48,083 bases of DNA from an uncultured Candidatus Saccharibacteria bacterium (GCA_964576615.1 CAZNUU010000006.1:1-48083); one strand, 5' to 3'; shown: positions 19,497-30,237, numbered from the stretch's first letter. Made by a program: numbers and translations. The notes: generated by a model not told the origin, from the sequence alone.

Positions 19497-20335
19497 TATG
19501 GTCCAAAAGTTACATGCCAGTGGTTTCCAGTTGAACCGTCTTGGGCAGTTGTTTCATAGTAGAAATTAGCATGACCACCATCTTTAAACGCCACACTTCT
19601 ATTTGTTACGCCGTTAGTTGGGTTTGGGTATCCCAAGAATGTATTTAATGTGCTATTCGGTCTAATATCGACAACTGGACTACCTGGGCCATGAGATTTG
19701 TGCCCTGCCTCAGTTCCTCCGGTAACGGTTATAGCGCATTTACAATCCTTTCTTAAATGTTTAAGCCCGTAAATGGCATTATCTGGCAAGCCGTTCATAT
19801 TGACACAGTTTTTTGTCTGTCCTGTTGAACAAATTGCGGCATAAACATAAACATCATCAGGTGGGGTTGCCAATATTGCTCTAACTCTAGCATCATCTGC
19901 GATCTCTTCCGGGGTTAGGGCTGCACCTACATAAGCTGTACTTGTTGCAACAATCTCTGGTCCAGGCATTTTGTTTAGAAAGCTGAAGTCTAGCATTTTG
20001 GGATTAATAGTATTTATTATTAGCCAAGATGATATTACTAAAATGAGTCCCCAGATTGCATTCCAGATATAACCCTTACCTTGTTCTTTTTTGGTAATTG
20101 CATCCGATGTCGCATAAATTATTCCACCAAGCGTAATCATCACAAATGCTAGAACTGCGGCGATAGCTATAGTTAAGTTGAATGCTGCTGGTAAGTAGGT
20201 TTGAATATTGGTTGTACCCCCAGCGTCGCCAATTTTAGGTAGAGGGGCTAAGACGTTATAGTCTTTAATCTGGGCCAGAGCTGAGATTGGGACAAACAAG
20301 GCCAAATAAGCTATTCTTTTTAGATATTTTCTCAT
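19496..20335 (-). CDS. VirB2/TrbC-like pilin fused to a putative Zn-peptidase (M15-like) domain
   Basis: Signal peptide, two TMs with GGIIY...K..I.NAIWGL..VISSW.I..TINP pilin pattern; C-terminal TGGTEAGHKSHGPGSPVVD...HWHV. Confidence 0.75.
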   Translation of the reverse strand: MRKYLKRIAYLALFVPISALAQIKDYNVLAPLPKIGDAGGTTNIQTYLPAAFNLTIAIAAVLAFVMITLGGIIYATSDAITKKEQGKGYIWNAIWGLILVISSWLIINTINPKMLDFSFLNKMPGPEIVATSTAYVGAALTPEEIADDARVRAILATPPDDVYVYAAICSTGQTKNCVNMNGLPDNAIYGLKHLRKDCKCAITVTGGTEAGHKSHGPGSPVVDIRPNSTLNTFLGYPNPTNGVTNRSVAFKDGGHANFYYETTAQDGSTGNHWHVTFGP

Positions 20336-20336
20336 A

Positions 20337-21338
20337 CTAATTGTTCTTATTAAATTCTAGATTAAAATTTCCTGAAACATACTGAAGAATTTTTTCAGTA
20401 TTTGTTATTTTTACAGAAATATTTGAAACTCCAACCGTACCAACCTTTTGTCTAAAAGTCTCAATATTCGAGGTATTGTTATTATCTACTGGGGTACCGT
20501 TGATTGCCCATTTGAAATCCATGTAAGCTGTTGGAAGGCTTAGTATTCCGAAATAAAACGGTATTGCTATTACCGAAATTTCCTGTGAATCAAGACTTAC
20601 GTTTTCATTTAATGCTTTTTGAAACTGTATTCCATAGAGAGGGTCTTTGTTGTAAAAAATTATATTTGGATTACCTGGCTCTACCACAATGTGTCCAAGT
20701 CCACTTACGCCCCCACTTGGTGATGAAACTCCTACTGTAACATCAAGTGGCCTTGGGATTATTGAGCCAATAAGTGTATAAGAAGTTTTACCGTAGCCCG
20801 ATGCATCATCAACTACTTGGTTATTTAATTTCCAGGTATAAATCAAGTTCTTTGGAGAAATTTCCGCAGAGCCGTTGTTAATGTGGGGGGTTGCGACAAA
20901 AGTAATTTTATTTTGGGCGATAAACAAGGCTTTGCCTTTATAAAAAGGTGGGGTAAAACTTTCTGATTGCCACACCAGGTCAACTGTAGAAGGTCTGATC
21001 TCTACAGTTTTTTGGATGGTTTTTCCATCGTTGGTTACAGCAATAACAGCTAGTGTGGTAAGTGTGCCTATATCCCCTACACTAAATGAGAATGTTTTTA
21101 AGCCAGTGCCCGACTGTTTCTCTGTGCCATTTAGTCTCCATGATATTTTGGCAGCATTTAAGTCAGTAGTGAAACTTGTAATATTTACGTTAACAACTTG
21201 ATTGGGGTTTGGGTTTTCGGGTATTAGTTCTACATTTATATCTCCTGATTGGGAGCTATTCAATTGAGCCGACACATATAGCGGTATAGCTAAGACAGAG
21301 AAAAAAATTATGGCAACTAGAACATGCCTCATTGCCAT
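20337..21338 (-). CDS. Secreted beta-rich (Ig-like) hypothetical protein
   Basis: Signal peptide; repeated W.LNG-type strands; PPFYKGKAL motif. Confidence 0.8.
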   Translation of the reverse strand: MAMRHVLVAIIFFSVLAIPLYVSAQLNSSQSGDINVELIPENPNPNQVVNVNITSFTTDLNAAKISWRLNGTEKQSGTGLKTFSFSVGDIGTLTTLAVIAVTNDGKTIQKTVEIRPSTVDLVWQSESFTPPFYKGKALFIAQNKITFVATPHINNGSAEISPKNLIYTWKLNNQVVDDASGYGKTSYTLIGSIIPRPLDVTVGVSSPSGGVSGLGHIVVEPGNPNIIFYNKDPLYGIQFQKALNENVSLDSQEISVIAIPFYFGILSLPTAYMDFKWAINGTPVDNNNTSNIETFRQKVGTVGVSNISVKITNTEKILQYVSGNFNLEFNKNN

Positions 21339-21387
21339 AATTGTATCATGCTAATTGACAAAAAAACCTCATATTATGCACAACACA

Positions 21388-22197
21388 TTAAGCAGCTTTC
21401 TTCCCCTCCCAGTACAAAGTATCAACAGCATCACTTTCAGGATCCATACCTGATTTTCTTTTAACTACCCCTCTCACATTTCTTGAATTATTGTTCTCAG
21501 AATCTTCTATACCGCTATCCCCTCCTGCGCTTCTCATAGCCTCCAGTCTCTCACTTCTTAAGTTTGTTGCTTCATCCAGTCTCATGTCGTATCCCGTTCT
21601 CGATCTTCCTCCGGATTTTTTTTCCTCTTCCAGCCTCTCTCTAGCTTTTATGGCATTTTCTTTGCTTGTGAAATTGGCATTATTTGGGCCACCAGCACTT
21701 TGATTTTTACCAAAGTTTCCACCAATAACATTTTGAGGTAACCTCTGGGGTTGCTTTGCTTCTGGAGTTTTCAGTTCTTTTTTTTCCTCCCTTTTTTGAA
21801 GCTTTTCTAAGCCCTTCCCAATCCCTGCAATTAAAGGGCTTCCACCCGAGAACCTAACTAATAGGTCTGGTCTACAAAGTATCATGTTGTAAAAACCATC
21901 GAGGCACCAGAGCGGAAGCTCATCGACTATTGGTATAAATTCTCCCACAAAAGCAGTAATAAACCCGAACAATCTTTTTGGATCACTGAAACTAACCCCC
22001 CTCATCTTTAGGTACAATGGCAAACTCATCCCAACCACGATATCTATTCCCCAATTAATAAGTACGCCAACCCCGAGCCAGTCTAAAAACCACTCGACAC
22101 CTATTTGAATCAAGTCAATAAGACCTAAAATAGCAATAACTAAATACCATTCCGATATACTTATATTGCAACCCTCTGCTTTATTTTCCTCTTGCAC
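21388..22197 (-). CDS. Hypothetical membrane protein with charged disordered C-terminus
   Basis: 269 aa ORF (GTG start), hydrophobic N-terminal half, co-oriented within the cluster. Confidence 0.8.
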   Translation of the reverse strand: MQEENKAEGCNISISEWYLVIAILGLIDLIQIGVEWFLDWLGVGVLINWGIDIVVGMSLPLYLKMRGVSFSDPKRLFGFITAFVGEFIPIVDELPLWCLDGFYNMILCRPDLLVRFSGGSPLIAGIGKGLEKLQKREEKKELKTPEAKQPQRLPQNVIGGNFGKNQSAGGPNNANFTSKENAIKARERLEEEKKSGGRSRTGYDMRLDEATNLRSERLEAMRSAGGDSGIEDSENNNSRNVRGVVKRKSGMDPESDAVDTLYWEGKKAA

Positions 22198-22256
22198 AGT
22201 TAAAATTTAGTATAACACTATAATTATAACAGTATTGAAAATACACACTTACGAGC

Positions 22257-24068
22257 TTACTTTCCGGTGCTCTCCAGTTCTTTTTTTGCAGCTTTAATGG
22301 CCAAAATTTGAGATGGATCGGAGGTAATAATTTGCTCTTCGGTATAGGATGGAATAATTTTTATAGCCACATGTTTTAGACCTGCAAAGAATATTCCTTC
22401 ACCTACATCTGATTCCAGAAGGAGGTATTTTTCTTCATCGGTTAAATTAAATGTTTGTTGGAGCCTATCTATCACAGTTGGTGATTGCTTAAGCAGGATT
22501 TGGATGGAAGAGTTAGTAATAATTGGTGTCCCGTAGGATGATTTCATAAAGTCATCCACATCTTGGGTAATGGTAGCTAGTCCCAAGTAATATTTTCTAC
22601 CTCTTTTGGCAAGAGAGAGAAGAAAAGATGCTGTATCATCTGATTTCATCATCCACCAAGCTTCGTCTACCACCAAAAGTCTCTTTTTTAACTTCTTTCT
22701 AATCATGTTCCATATATAGTGCATGACTATATACATAGCGATTGGCTTCAGCTCATCTTCCATATCCCGCAGAGAAAAGACAATAAATTTTTTATTTATA
22801 TCGACATTAGATGGTTTGTTTATAAAACCTGCCCAAGTTCCCCGAGTATATTTAGACAGTCTTTGAGCTAGAGAATCACCCCCTTCCATACCGGATAGAA
22901 CCAATTCAAAGTCAGACATAAGTGGCGGCTCCAGATTTGAAAAGTTTGAATCGGCGGTAATATCTTTTAGGGCGTATGTTTCGGTTATGGCTCTGTCAAT
23001 AATAGCGTCCTCTTCTGGGCTTAATCCGCCCATCATGATCCTAAAAAGCCCCACCAAGTTTATAATGTTGGATCTTAGAACCGAGGAGAATGATTCATCC
23101 TCCGCTGGGGTTGGAAGCTCGAATGGGTTTATGTGGTGTTCGGAGTTAAGGGATATATTAAAGTATCTCCCCCCAGTTGCTTCAGCTAAGTATTCGTATT
23201 CCCTTTCTGGGTCAATAACTAAAACATCTGCGTCGAACATCAAAGTTCTTAGAATTTCCAGTTTTGTACAAAAAGATTTTCCGGCTCCGGATTTAGCAAA
23301 CATGATGGAGTTGTAGTTTTCAAGTGAAAATCTATCAAAAAGAACCAGAGAAGAATTGTGACGGTTAATGCCATAAAGAATTCCTTTATCTGAAGTTAAG
23401 TCAAAAGAAATAAATGGAAATAGGAGCGAAAGTGGTGAGGAATTTAGTTTACTGTAGACTCTAAGTTCGTCAGTTCCAAGAGGGATAGCTGTTCTAAACG
23501 ACTGTTCTTGCTGAAAGAGAGCGGGCTTTAGATAAACCAGCTTTGCTTCCAGAATTGATTTTATTTCCGATTCGATTTTATCCAGTTCGTCCATCGAATC
23601 AGCATAAATAGTTATATAAAGTCCTACATCAAAGAGTTTTTCCTGGGCCTGCTGGAGCTGATCGCGGAGATTCTCCAAATCTTGGTAAGCAGTATCGAGC
23701 ATGGGGTTTCTGACTAAGCCCTTTGCTTCCCTGGTGTTTATTTGGCTTTGAACTTCGGCCACTTTTTTCTGAAAGGTCTTGAGTGCCCCGGCAGAGTCAA
23801 TGGGTTCCACGAAGATAGAGACGTCAAAAATCTTGTCCAAGTTAATAATTGGGGCAAACCAATTCTCGGAGAGGAATCTCGGATAAGAGATAACAAAAAA
23901 ACCTCTCACAATTTTTTCACCCAGGTTTATTTCTTTAGGCGTAACTTTGAGTGCACTCGGAGCAATGACGTCTTTTAATTCAAGACTGGTGGAGTCGTAA
24001 ATTTCTCTCGGCAAAACAGTCGAAATTGGTTCTTCTTGTTTCTTTTTGAAAAAATCTAGTAGTGCCAT
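22257..24068 (-). CDS. VirB4/TraC-like ATPase
   Basis: Walker A AKSGAGKS, VIDPEREY, INPF, Walker B LVVDEAW, KRGRKY...ITQD. Confidence 0.93.
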   Translation of the reverse strand: MALLDFFKKKQEEPISTVLPREIYDSTSLELKDVIAPSALKVTPKEINLGEKIVRGFFVISYPRFLSENWFAPIINLDKIFDVSIFVEPIDSAGALKTFQKKVAEVQSQINTREAKGLVRNPMLDTAYQDLENLRDQLQQAQEKLFDVGLYITIYADSMDELDKIESEIKSILEAKLVYLKPALFQQEQSFRTAIPLGTDELRVYSKLNSSPLSLLFPFISFDLTSDKGILYGINRHNSSLVLFDRFSLENYNSIMFAKSGAGKSFCTKLEILRTLMFDADVLVIDPEREYEYLAEATGGRYFNISLNSEHHINPFELPTPAEDESFSSVLRSNIINLVGLFRIMMGGLSPEEDAIIDRAITETYALKDITADSNFSNLEPPLMSDFELVLSGMEGGDSLAQRLSKYTRGTWAGFINKPSNVDINKKFIVFSLRDMEDELKPIAMYIVMHYIWNMIRKKLKKRLLVVDEAWWMMKSDDTASFLLSLAKRGRKYYLGLATITQDVDDFMKSSYGTPIITNSSIQILLKQSPTVIDRLQQTFNLTDEEKYLLLESDVGEGIFFAGLKHVAIKIIPSYTEEQIITSDPSQILAIKAAKKELESTGK

Positions 24069-24707
24069 TTAAGTAATTTTAATTGGTTTTTCGGTGTCCC
24101 CTGGGTTAAATATCTTATAGAACAGCTCGATTACTTCTTCTGTTCCAAGTCTGATAACCCTAATACCACAGCGGGATAGTCCTTGTTCGACCACTGAGAC
24201 TCTTTGTTCCAGCTGGGTTCTGTTTTCTTCAAAATTTGCTGTTTTTTCTTGACTTTGTTGGGCAGAAGTCAGTTTTCTAAAAGGCAGTATGCTAGCTGGA
24301 CCCTTTATTTTTATCAGGGCTGGGTCATAAGGTACCACGATAAAGAAACTTTTAGTCATTATACTAGTTGTTTCAGTGAACTTTTTTATAAAATCTATAT
24401 ATTCTCTGGTTTGAATCTTCATAAGATCGTTAGTTTGTTCCTTGTAGCGGTTCTCCAGAAGAGCAATATAAGGTCTTATATCCAGACGTCTGGATTCAAT
24501 ACAAATTTCAACTGAAAAATCGAGTGAGTTTAGGAAATCTTGAAATTGTAAAATAATAGCGTTTCTTTCGTCGTCGGATTTTAGACTGAAGTTTACTGAG
24601 GAAGCCAAAACAACCGCCCTCATGGACTCATTTTTGAGGATTACTATGCCGTCCTTCACCTCTTTTATTGGAACGAACTCCTGGGTTGCTTTTGAACTTA
24701 CTGCCAT
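24069..24707 (-). CDS. VirB4/TraC N-terminal-like partner protein
   Basis: SSVNFSLKS..E..AII..FQDFLNSL pattern; abuts the VirB4-like gene. Confidence 0.8.
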   Translation of the reverse strand: MAVSSKATQEFVPIKEVKDGIVILKNESMRAVVLASSVNFSLKSDDERNAIILQFQDFLNSLDFSVEICIESRRLDIRPYIALLENRYKEQTNDLMKIQTREYIDFIKKFTETTSIMTKSFFIVVPYDPALIKIKGPASILPFRKLTSAQQSQEKTANFEENRTQLEQRVSVVEQGLSRCGIRVIRLGTEEVIELFYKIFNPGDTEKPIKIT

Positions 24708-24731
24708 AATTTAATTATACCAAAAAATACT

Positions 24732-25166
24732 CTATCTGGTGTTATTTCCGTCTTCGCCAGTTAAGGGGTTAAGATTTTCATTTATATCAAGTGACCAGGA
24801 AAGCTCTTTCAGTTTACTTTGGGATAGTCTTGGTACATAAACTTGATTTTGCTCTGCCGGCGTTTCCTTACGGGCCTCGATTTCCTTCGGTTTTTTTCTC
24901 CAGATGTATAAATTTCCTTTGGTGTAATAAAAAAAGGCTGACTCTATAAAGTCTATAAAAGGTTTATTGTTTATTTTGTAAAAGGCCAGCGCTAGGGAAA
25001 ACGGTATTATTGCGGCAATAAGAATAAGAGCAAGGTATATGTTTAGATAATTGTAGGCAATAAATGACATACCTAAACCTCCAACTAAATAGATAAATTG
25101 TCTTACGGTAAAAGGACCGATCACTTTATCTTCAATTTCAATAAATTGGGGGACCTGGTATCTCAT
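24732..25166 (-). CDS. PrgI-family (VirB3-like) membrane protein
   Basis: YQVPQFIEIEDKVIGPFTVRQF followed by two TMs. Confidence 0.9.
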   Translation of the reverse strand: MRYQVPQFIEIEDKVIGPFTVRQFIYLVGGLGMSFIAYNYLNIYLALILIAAIIPFSLALAFYKINNKPFIDFIESAFFYYTKGNLYIWRKKPKEIEARKETPAEQNQVYVPRLSQSKLKELSWSLDINENLNPLTGEDGNNTR

Positions 25167-25167
25167 T

Positions 25168-26166
25168 TTATTCTATCGGTTCTCTGTAGGGATCGACCGC
25201 ATACTTTTTAGGTTGTTCTGCCTGAGGCGGAGGGCTCATACTCGGTGTAACGGATTTTAATTTTGTTTCGACCACACTTCCTACGTTTGCCGGCGCCAGC
25301 GGAGCCTTCATTGGTTCTGGAGCAATTTTAATCTCTGGAACTTTAACCGGCTGCTGCACTGTTTCTAGATTTTTACTGCTATAAGTTACCCCCGAGACAT
25401 CTTTAGGAGTCTGTAATGAGCTAGGTGGTTTAATGCTGTCTGGAATTGAAATTGGTCTATATGCAGAGGATACCTTCTCAGTTTGCGGCAAGATATTTGG
25501 TGGTATTTCAGGGGGTTGTGGACTGTTGATTATTTGTTCCACTGCCTTTACTTGGGGTTGCGTTTTTGGTTCTTCTCGTTTTATATCTGGTGGAGCTGTC
25601 TTTTTTGTATCTGTCTCAGGATTTTTGGTTAAAGAGTCAAAGACTCGTTTTTTTAGTTCCAGAGCAATCTGTTCCGAAAGTAATCCGGAGACTCCCAAAT
25701 CAGAGATGATTTTTTTCTGTAAAGTCGTAGTCTCGGGTTGTTCCGGTTCTGACTCAACGATCTTTACCAATTTTTCTGTCTGTACGTCGTTTAGTGAATA
25801 TTTTTTTGAAACTTCCGTGGTCTTATCCCGGATTTCTTTCTTGCTTAGATTTAAACCTGGTTGTGTCCTTAGATTTTGTAGTTTATCAAATACATCTCGT
25901 TCCAGATTTAGGTTTAAATCTGAAAAATCTTCCACTTTCTTGTTACTTAATTTTACAATGTTAGATATTGCGTCCGACAGCTTTTGTAGTCCTAGCATTG
26001 AAAAAAATATTTCACTATCAGCCTTATCCAATTGATCATCTGTAAGACCGATTCTATTTAAATACCGTGAAATTATGTCGGTGGTATCTGGATCCATAAC
26101 AAAACTTTGTACTTTTTCTGGAAGTTTTTTATACGCTTCCTTTCTTTGTGTTAGTGTGAAACTCAT
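25168..26166 (-). CDS. Hypothetical protein, helical N-terminus and Pro-rich tail ending DPYREPIE
   Basis: Long ORF; probable start ATG 26166 overlapping the upstream TGA (ATGA). Confidence 0.8.
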   Translation of the reverse strand: MSFTLTQRKEAYKKLPEKVQSFVMDPDTTDIISRYLNRIGLTDDQLDKADSEIFFSMLGLQKLSDAISNIVKLSNKKVEDFSDLNLNLERDVFDKLQNLRTQPGLNLSKKEIRDKTTEVSKKYSLNDVQTEKLVKIVESEPEQPETTTLQKKIISDLGVSGLLSEQIALELKKRVFDSLTKNPETDTKKTAPPDIKREEPKTQPQVKAVEQIINSPQPPEIPPNILPQTEKVSSAYRPISIPDSIKPPSSLQTPKDVSGVTYSSKNLETVQQPVKVPEIKIAPEPMKAPLAPANVGSVVETKLKSVTPSMSPPPQAEQPKKYAVDPYREPIE

Positions 26167-28532
26167 ATTGCTGGGAAATCGATCATACCCTTGTCTGGGT
26201 TTGTAAGCCATGCTTGGGTAGCTGCACTTCCGTGGGCTAAGAGAGCTGTGCGTAGAGTATCGATATCGGTATCGGTCATATCATCATGGCTGGCCATTCG
26301 TTTCAAGGTTTGGGGTGTGTACAAAGGCAAGACGTCAAGATCGAGAGCGATATTTGTACCTGCTCTACCAGGGGTCTTCATATATCTAACCAATGCTTTG
26401 TAGTCAGCCTTTCTTATCTCCCGTTGTATATCTGGGGTACTTCCAGCAGCAAGGGCGTCTTTAAGTGGCCGCATTCTCTCATCCCTAATGTTATTCTTTT
26501 GGGTTGTGGTAAATTTGCCACTCTTGTTTGTAGTTATGGTTTCTACCTGGCTAGCCTTTAGTTGAGATATAAACTCTCTACCTTCAGGACGGCTTGGATC
26601 AAGATAATTTACATCAATCATTTCCAGTTCTGAATCTGAAAGACCCTTTACTCTGCTTCTGGCATCTTCCATGCGTTTTATGTCAGCAACTTGAGCTGGT
26701 GTCCTTGCTGCCACTGGTACAGCTGTAGCTGCTGTGTATGCAGCCATAGCTGCTGGATTGTAAATTGTTTTAATTTCTTCGAATCTCCTATTTTTAAGCT
26801 CATCTTTTTCTTGTTCTGAAAATTGATCACTTTTATTGATGGCTTCAAGCTGTTTAACACTAATCGTATTTGCGAACTCTTGACTCTTCAAAAGTTCTCG
26901 GTTGCTAGCCACCAGAGTCTCTGTCTCTTTGTCTGAAAGTTTGGATAAGGCTTTTTCCATAGCCTCAATTTCCGCTGTTGTTGCACCTGGTTTTGCCCCA
27001 TTTTTAATATCACTTTCGTTTTGAGCTTGCCTCAGTTCAGAAGCATCTGTTTTTTCACGTTCACGAATCCTCTTGGCTTTTTCTTCGGATAGTTCTCTGT
27101 AGCCTTTTTTACCACCTTCTCCGGTACCAGCTATTCCCGAAATACGCGACCCTACCGCAATACTAGGTATATTAACCTCATTGAGTCCTATACTCTTTCC
27201 AATCCTAGTTCTACCAAGCGTGCCTTCTATTACGCTCCCTAAAGCATTTGTTGGTATCGCAGCATTTCTAACATCAAATGTTGCATCTCTTGCAGTTCGG
27301 GCAGTGTAGAGTTTGGTTCTAGCCCATGCACCCCTAAGGCCGGTTTTTGTTGAGGCATCTTCTTGGAGTTGAGCACTACTTGCCCTACTTGCACCAAATC
27401 TTCCAATTGTATTTCTCCCCGCCCAGGCCGTCCCTCCCATTACTGCACCACCAGCAAAAGCAGTTAGATTTCCGGTTGCCTTGCCGATTAGTTGGTTGCC
27501 ATGACTCGAAGTATTTTTTGCAATAACAAGTGAAGCAATGAGTAAACCAATAATTACCCCGAAGTTTAAGACCAAATCCCAACCAGAAGGTGATTTACTG
27601 AAAACAGTTGTGTAGTTACTACCAGAAAGAAATCCTGGGCTGGCCATGAGCGTTAAAATTACCCAGGTGATCATCATGTAAATCGGAGCAAACAAGATCT
27701 GACTATTAAAAGCACTCCACCACTGCTTAGCGTAAGTTTGCATAAAAGGTAAACCTAATCCCATGTAAGCGATAGGTGAAAGCATAAGGAGAATTATCAA
27801 GACCAAGTATCTTATGACAAAAACAATTGAGATTGCAAAAAAAACAAATGTGGCGATAAGTATAACTAACGCACCACCAAGTGTATTTACTAAATAATCC
27901 GCAGAGCCTTGGGCAAAACTATCTGCTGCATCACCGTTATAAATTGATGTTAGCTTCAGTGCATTCATTATTGGGTCAGAAAGACCATAATTTGGATCAT
28001 TTTTTGTGTTGCCTTTCAAGATAGACTGGTAAAAACCTATAGTTACGACGTTCGATGCGTCGATGATGACTTTTGTGAAAAAAAGACTAAAATTCACAAG
28101 AAGTGACGCCAGGACAACTCCAGTAATGAATTTCTTTATATTGTCAGTACTACTTTGGTTAATTATCAGTTTTACCCCCTCATACACCAAAAGGAATATA
28201 AAGAAAATATTCATTATGTTTCTTACTACCTCCCAGGCTGTGTTTATTCCTTTCAGATCTCCGACATGAATTTTCATGTCAATTATCGTGTAACTGAGTA
28301 TCCAATTAAGAAATCTACCAGCAAAGCCTAAGAAGAAAGCAAGAATCGTTAGTATAATTTGAGCAATCTTGTCGAATGCTGATTTGATCCAGCAAGACAC
28401 CGACGCACACACTCCAGCTAAGGCCATTCCAATAGCAGCTCCTGGTCCCGCCTGGGCATGTGTAAACGATACTGGCGTGAGGAAGCACGCCAGAACCGCT
28501 ATTATTAAAATTAATGACAAACTTCTTTTCAT
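26163..28532 (-). CDS. Extended VirB6/TrbL-like polytopic membrane protein
   Basis: W.VVRNIMN.FF, LLVNFSLFFTKVIID, R...L..L..LSPIA...W pattern with several TMs and a long soluble C-terminus; probable start ATG 28532 (TGATG overlap). Confidence 0.8.
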   Translation of the reverse strand: MKRSLSLILIIAVLACFLTPVSFTHAQAGPGAAIGMALAGVCASVSCWIKSAFDKIAQIILTILAFFLGFAGRFLNWILSYTIIDMKIHVGDLKGINTAWEVVRNIMNIFFIFLLVYEGVKLIINQSSTDNIKKFITGVVLASLLVNFSLFFTKVIIDASNVVTIGFYQSILKGNTKNDPNYGLSDPIMNALKLTSIYNGDAADSFAQGSADYLVNTLGGALVILIATFVFFAISIVFVIRYLVLIILLMLSPIAYMGLGLPFMQTYAKQWWSAFNSQILFAPIYMMITWVILTLMASPGFLSGSNYTTVFSKSPSGWDLVLNFGVIIGLLIASLVIAKNTSSHGNQLIGKATGNLTAFAGGAVMGGTAWAGRNTIGRFGASRASSAQLQEDASTKTGLRGAWARTKLYTARTARDATFDVRNAAIPTNALGSVIEGTLGRTRIGKSIGLNEVNIPSIAVGSRISGIAGTGEGGKKGYRELSEEKAKRIREREKTDASELRQAQNESDIKNGAKPGATTAEIEAMEKALSKLSDKETETLVASNRELLKSQEFANTISVKQLEAINKSDQFSEQEKDELKNRRFEEIKTIYNPAAMAAYTAATAVPVAARTPAQVADIKRMEDARSRVKGLSDSELEMIDVNYLDPSRPEGREFISQLKASQVETITTNKSGKFTTTQKNNIRDERMRPLKDALAAGSTPDIQREIRKADYKALVRYMKTPGRAGTNIALDLDVLPLYTPQTLKRMASHDDMTDTDIDTLRTALLAHGSAATQAWLTNPDKGMIDFPAI

Positions 28533-30178
28533 CAAAATCTTCTTATCCAAACCCAACTACCACCACAGTCTTCACAGTTTGCACTGCTTATATCAACTGC
28601 CTTGGTACACGTCTCACCTATTGTTGCAACCGCAAGATAAACCCTGGAGCGTAACATTCCAGCAGTGTTTCGTTGAACGCTTCCACCCAATGCACTTACT
28701 GCGTCCTGCACGCATTGTAGACCCTGGCTGGTAACAAGTGGTGTACATTCAGCAGCTTCGATAACAGATCGCCATTGTGCCTCTGAGAAGTTAACCCCAG
28801 CTCCTCCCACATCGTTGCACTGTCCCCCGCCGCCCCCACCAATATTTCCCCCTCCATATGTAGATTCAGAATAATTAGGTGTTGTTCCGTTGCTGCCATT
28901 ACAAGAACCTTCCACCACGTTTCCGTTTGCTGTTTTCACTACTCTCGTAACACAAACATCCCTGGTAGCTGTAGCTGTCTTTCCTGCGGAATTGGTTACT
29001 TTGTAGGTGATAGTATATCTTGCAACAACATTTACATTAACACTTCCTGACTTCTGTATTTTACTGGTAATATCGCCATCTTTTGCATCCACTGCAATTG
29101 CACCGGGATCTCTGAATTGCTGACCTTGGAGTATATCCAAAGGATTGGGGTCTATAACTACAAGGTTAGGTAAGCTAGGGTCAACATCAGGAGGTATGGT
29201 TATAGTATTGCTTGTTCCCTTAAGACCAGTGTCTCCCAACCCCCCTATGAGTTTTTTAGTAAGTTGAGTAACTAGAGCAGAAATTATTTCATTAAACGAA
29301 TCAGCTAAATTAAGTTGGTCAATACCTGATCCCAAGACTTTTTCTAGCTGGTTGTTTATGACAGAACCAGGTGTAACATTTTCCATGTGGTCTCCATAAC
29401 AGTCTCCCACCTTGTATATTGCTTTAAGACCTGCGCCAAAATTATTCCATTGTGCTTGTGTAATAACATATTCCGGCTGACATTTTTGAAAGGATAAGAA
29501 GCCACTTCCATAACTAACATCACTATGTTTTGTTTCTTGGGCGGCTGTGACTTGTAGATCTAGTTGGTTCTCGGCATTGGTGTATGCTCCATATGGATTG
29601 TTTGCGTCAATTTGAGTCAGTTCAAACCATCCTGTCCAACCGCCACTGCTAAAATTGTTTATAAAAGAGTCGTAATTATTCCTTAGAACGGAAAGACTAC
29701 ATGAATAGTTCTGCTCAGACTGAAGGTAGTGCCTTACTAACGCTAACCTGATCTGGGCTTGGAAAGGACTACAAAGTTTATTTAACTGTGTTTCAGAGAG
29801 AAATTTTGAAGCGGTAGTGTCCCCGATATTAAGGAAAAAGTCACTAGGATTTGTTACATACGCAGGGTTCCCTTTAAATCCGGAGTTAATCCAGTTAACC
29901 GTTTGGGCTGTAATCCCTTGCACAATATTTTTAGCGATTACCCAGGCCAAGGGATCTAAGATAAAGTGTTTTACCTTCTCTATCACACTCATTCCTGCGG
30001 TTACCGCGGATGAGCCAGAAGTGAGTGCAGTTTCAACGTTGTTGGTAGGATCCCAGACAATGTCTTCAACTCCCCAAAAGGCAAAAGCTTTAATAGGAGA
30101 CAAGGACAAGACTAAGGATAGGACAAAGACAGATACTATTACTTTCTTCAAATAACTACGAGGCTTTAAATTAGGCAT
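28532..30178 (-). CDS. Secreted protein with DUF5011-like Ig domain and Cys-rich C-terminus
   Basis: Signal peptide; IVWDPTN motif; FRDPGAIAVDAKDGDITSKI...YTITYKVTNSAG Ig-like domain. Confidence 0.85.
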   Translation of the reverse strand: MPNLKPRSYLKKVIVSVFVLSLVLSLSPIKAFAFWGVEDIVWDPTNNVETALTSGSSAVTAGMSVIEKVKHFILDPLAWVIAKNIVQGITAQTVNWINSGFKGNPAYVTNPSDFFLNIGDTTASKFLSETQLNKLCSPFQAQIRLALVRHYLQSEQNYSCSLSVLRNNYDSFINNFSSGGWTGWFELTQIDANNPYGAYTNAENQLDLQVTAAQETKHSDVSYGSGFLSFQKCQPEYVITQAQWNNFGAGLKAIYKVGDCYGDHMENVTPGSVINNQLEKVLGSGIDQLNLADSFNEIISALVTQLTKKLIGGLGDTGLKGTSNTITIPPDVDPSLPNLVVIDPNPLDILQGQQFRDPGAIAVDAKDGDITSKIQKSGSVNVNVVARYTITYKVTNSAGKTATATRDVCVTRVVKTANGNVVEGSCNGSNGTTPNYSESTYGGGNIGGGGGGQCNDVGGAGVNFSEAQWRSVIEAAECTPLVTSQGLQCVQDAVSALGGSVQRNTAGMLRSRVYLAVATIGETCTKAVDISSANCEDCGGSWVWIRRF

Positions 30179-30237
30179 AATATATAGAAATTGTACTATT
30201 TCCGTAGCCTAATAACTAGATTAATCTGTTGAAAAGT

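Noticed and set aside
14466-25968. Long plus-strand ORFs such as 14778-15341 and 25433-26035
   Set aside because: Antisense to well-supported genes, with no recognisable motifs.
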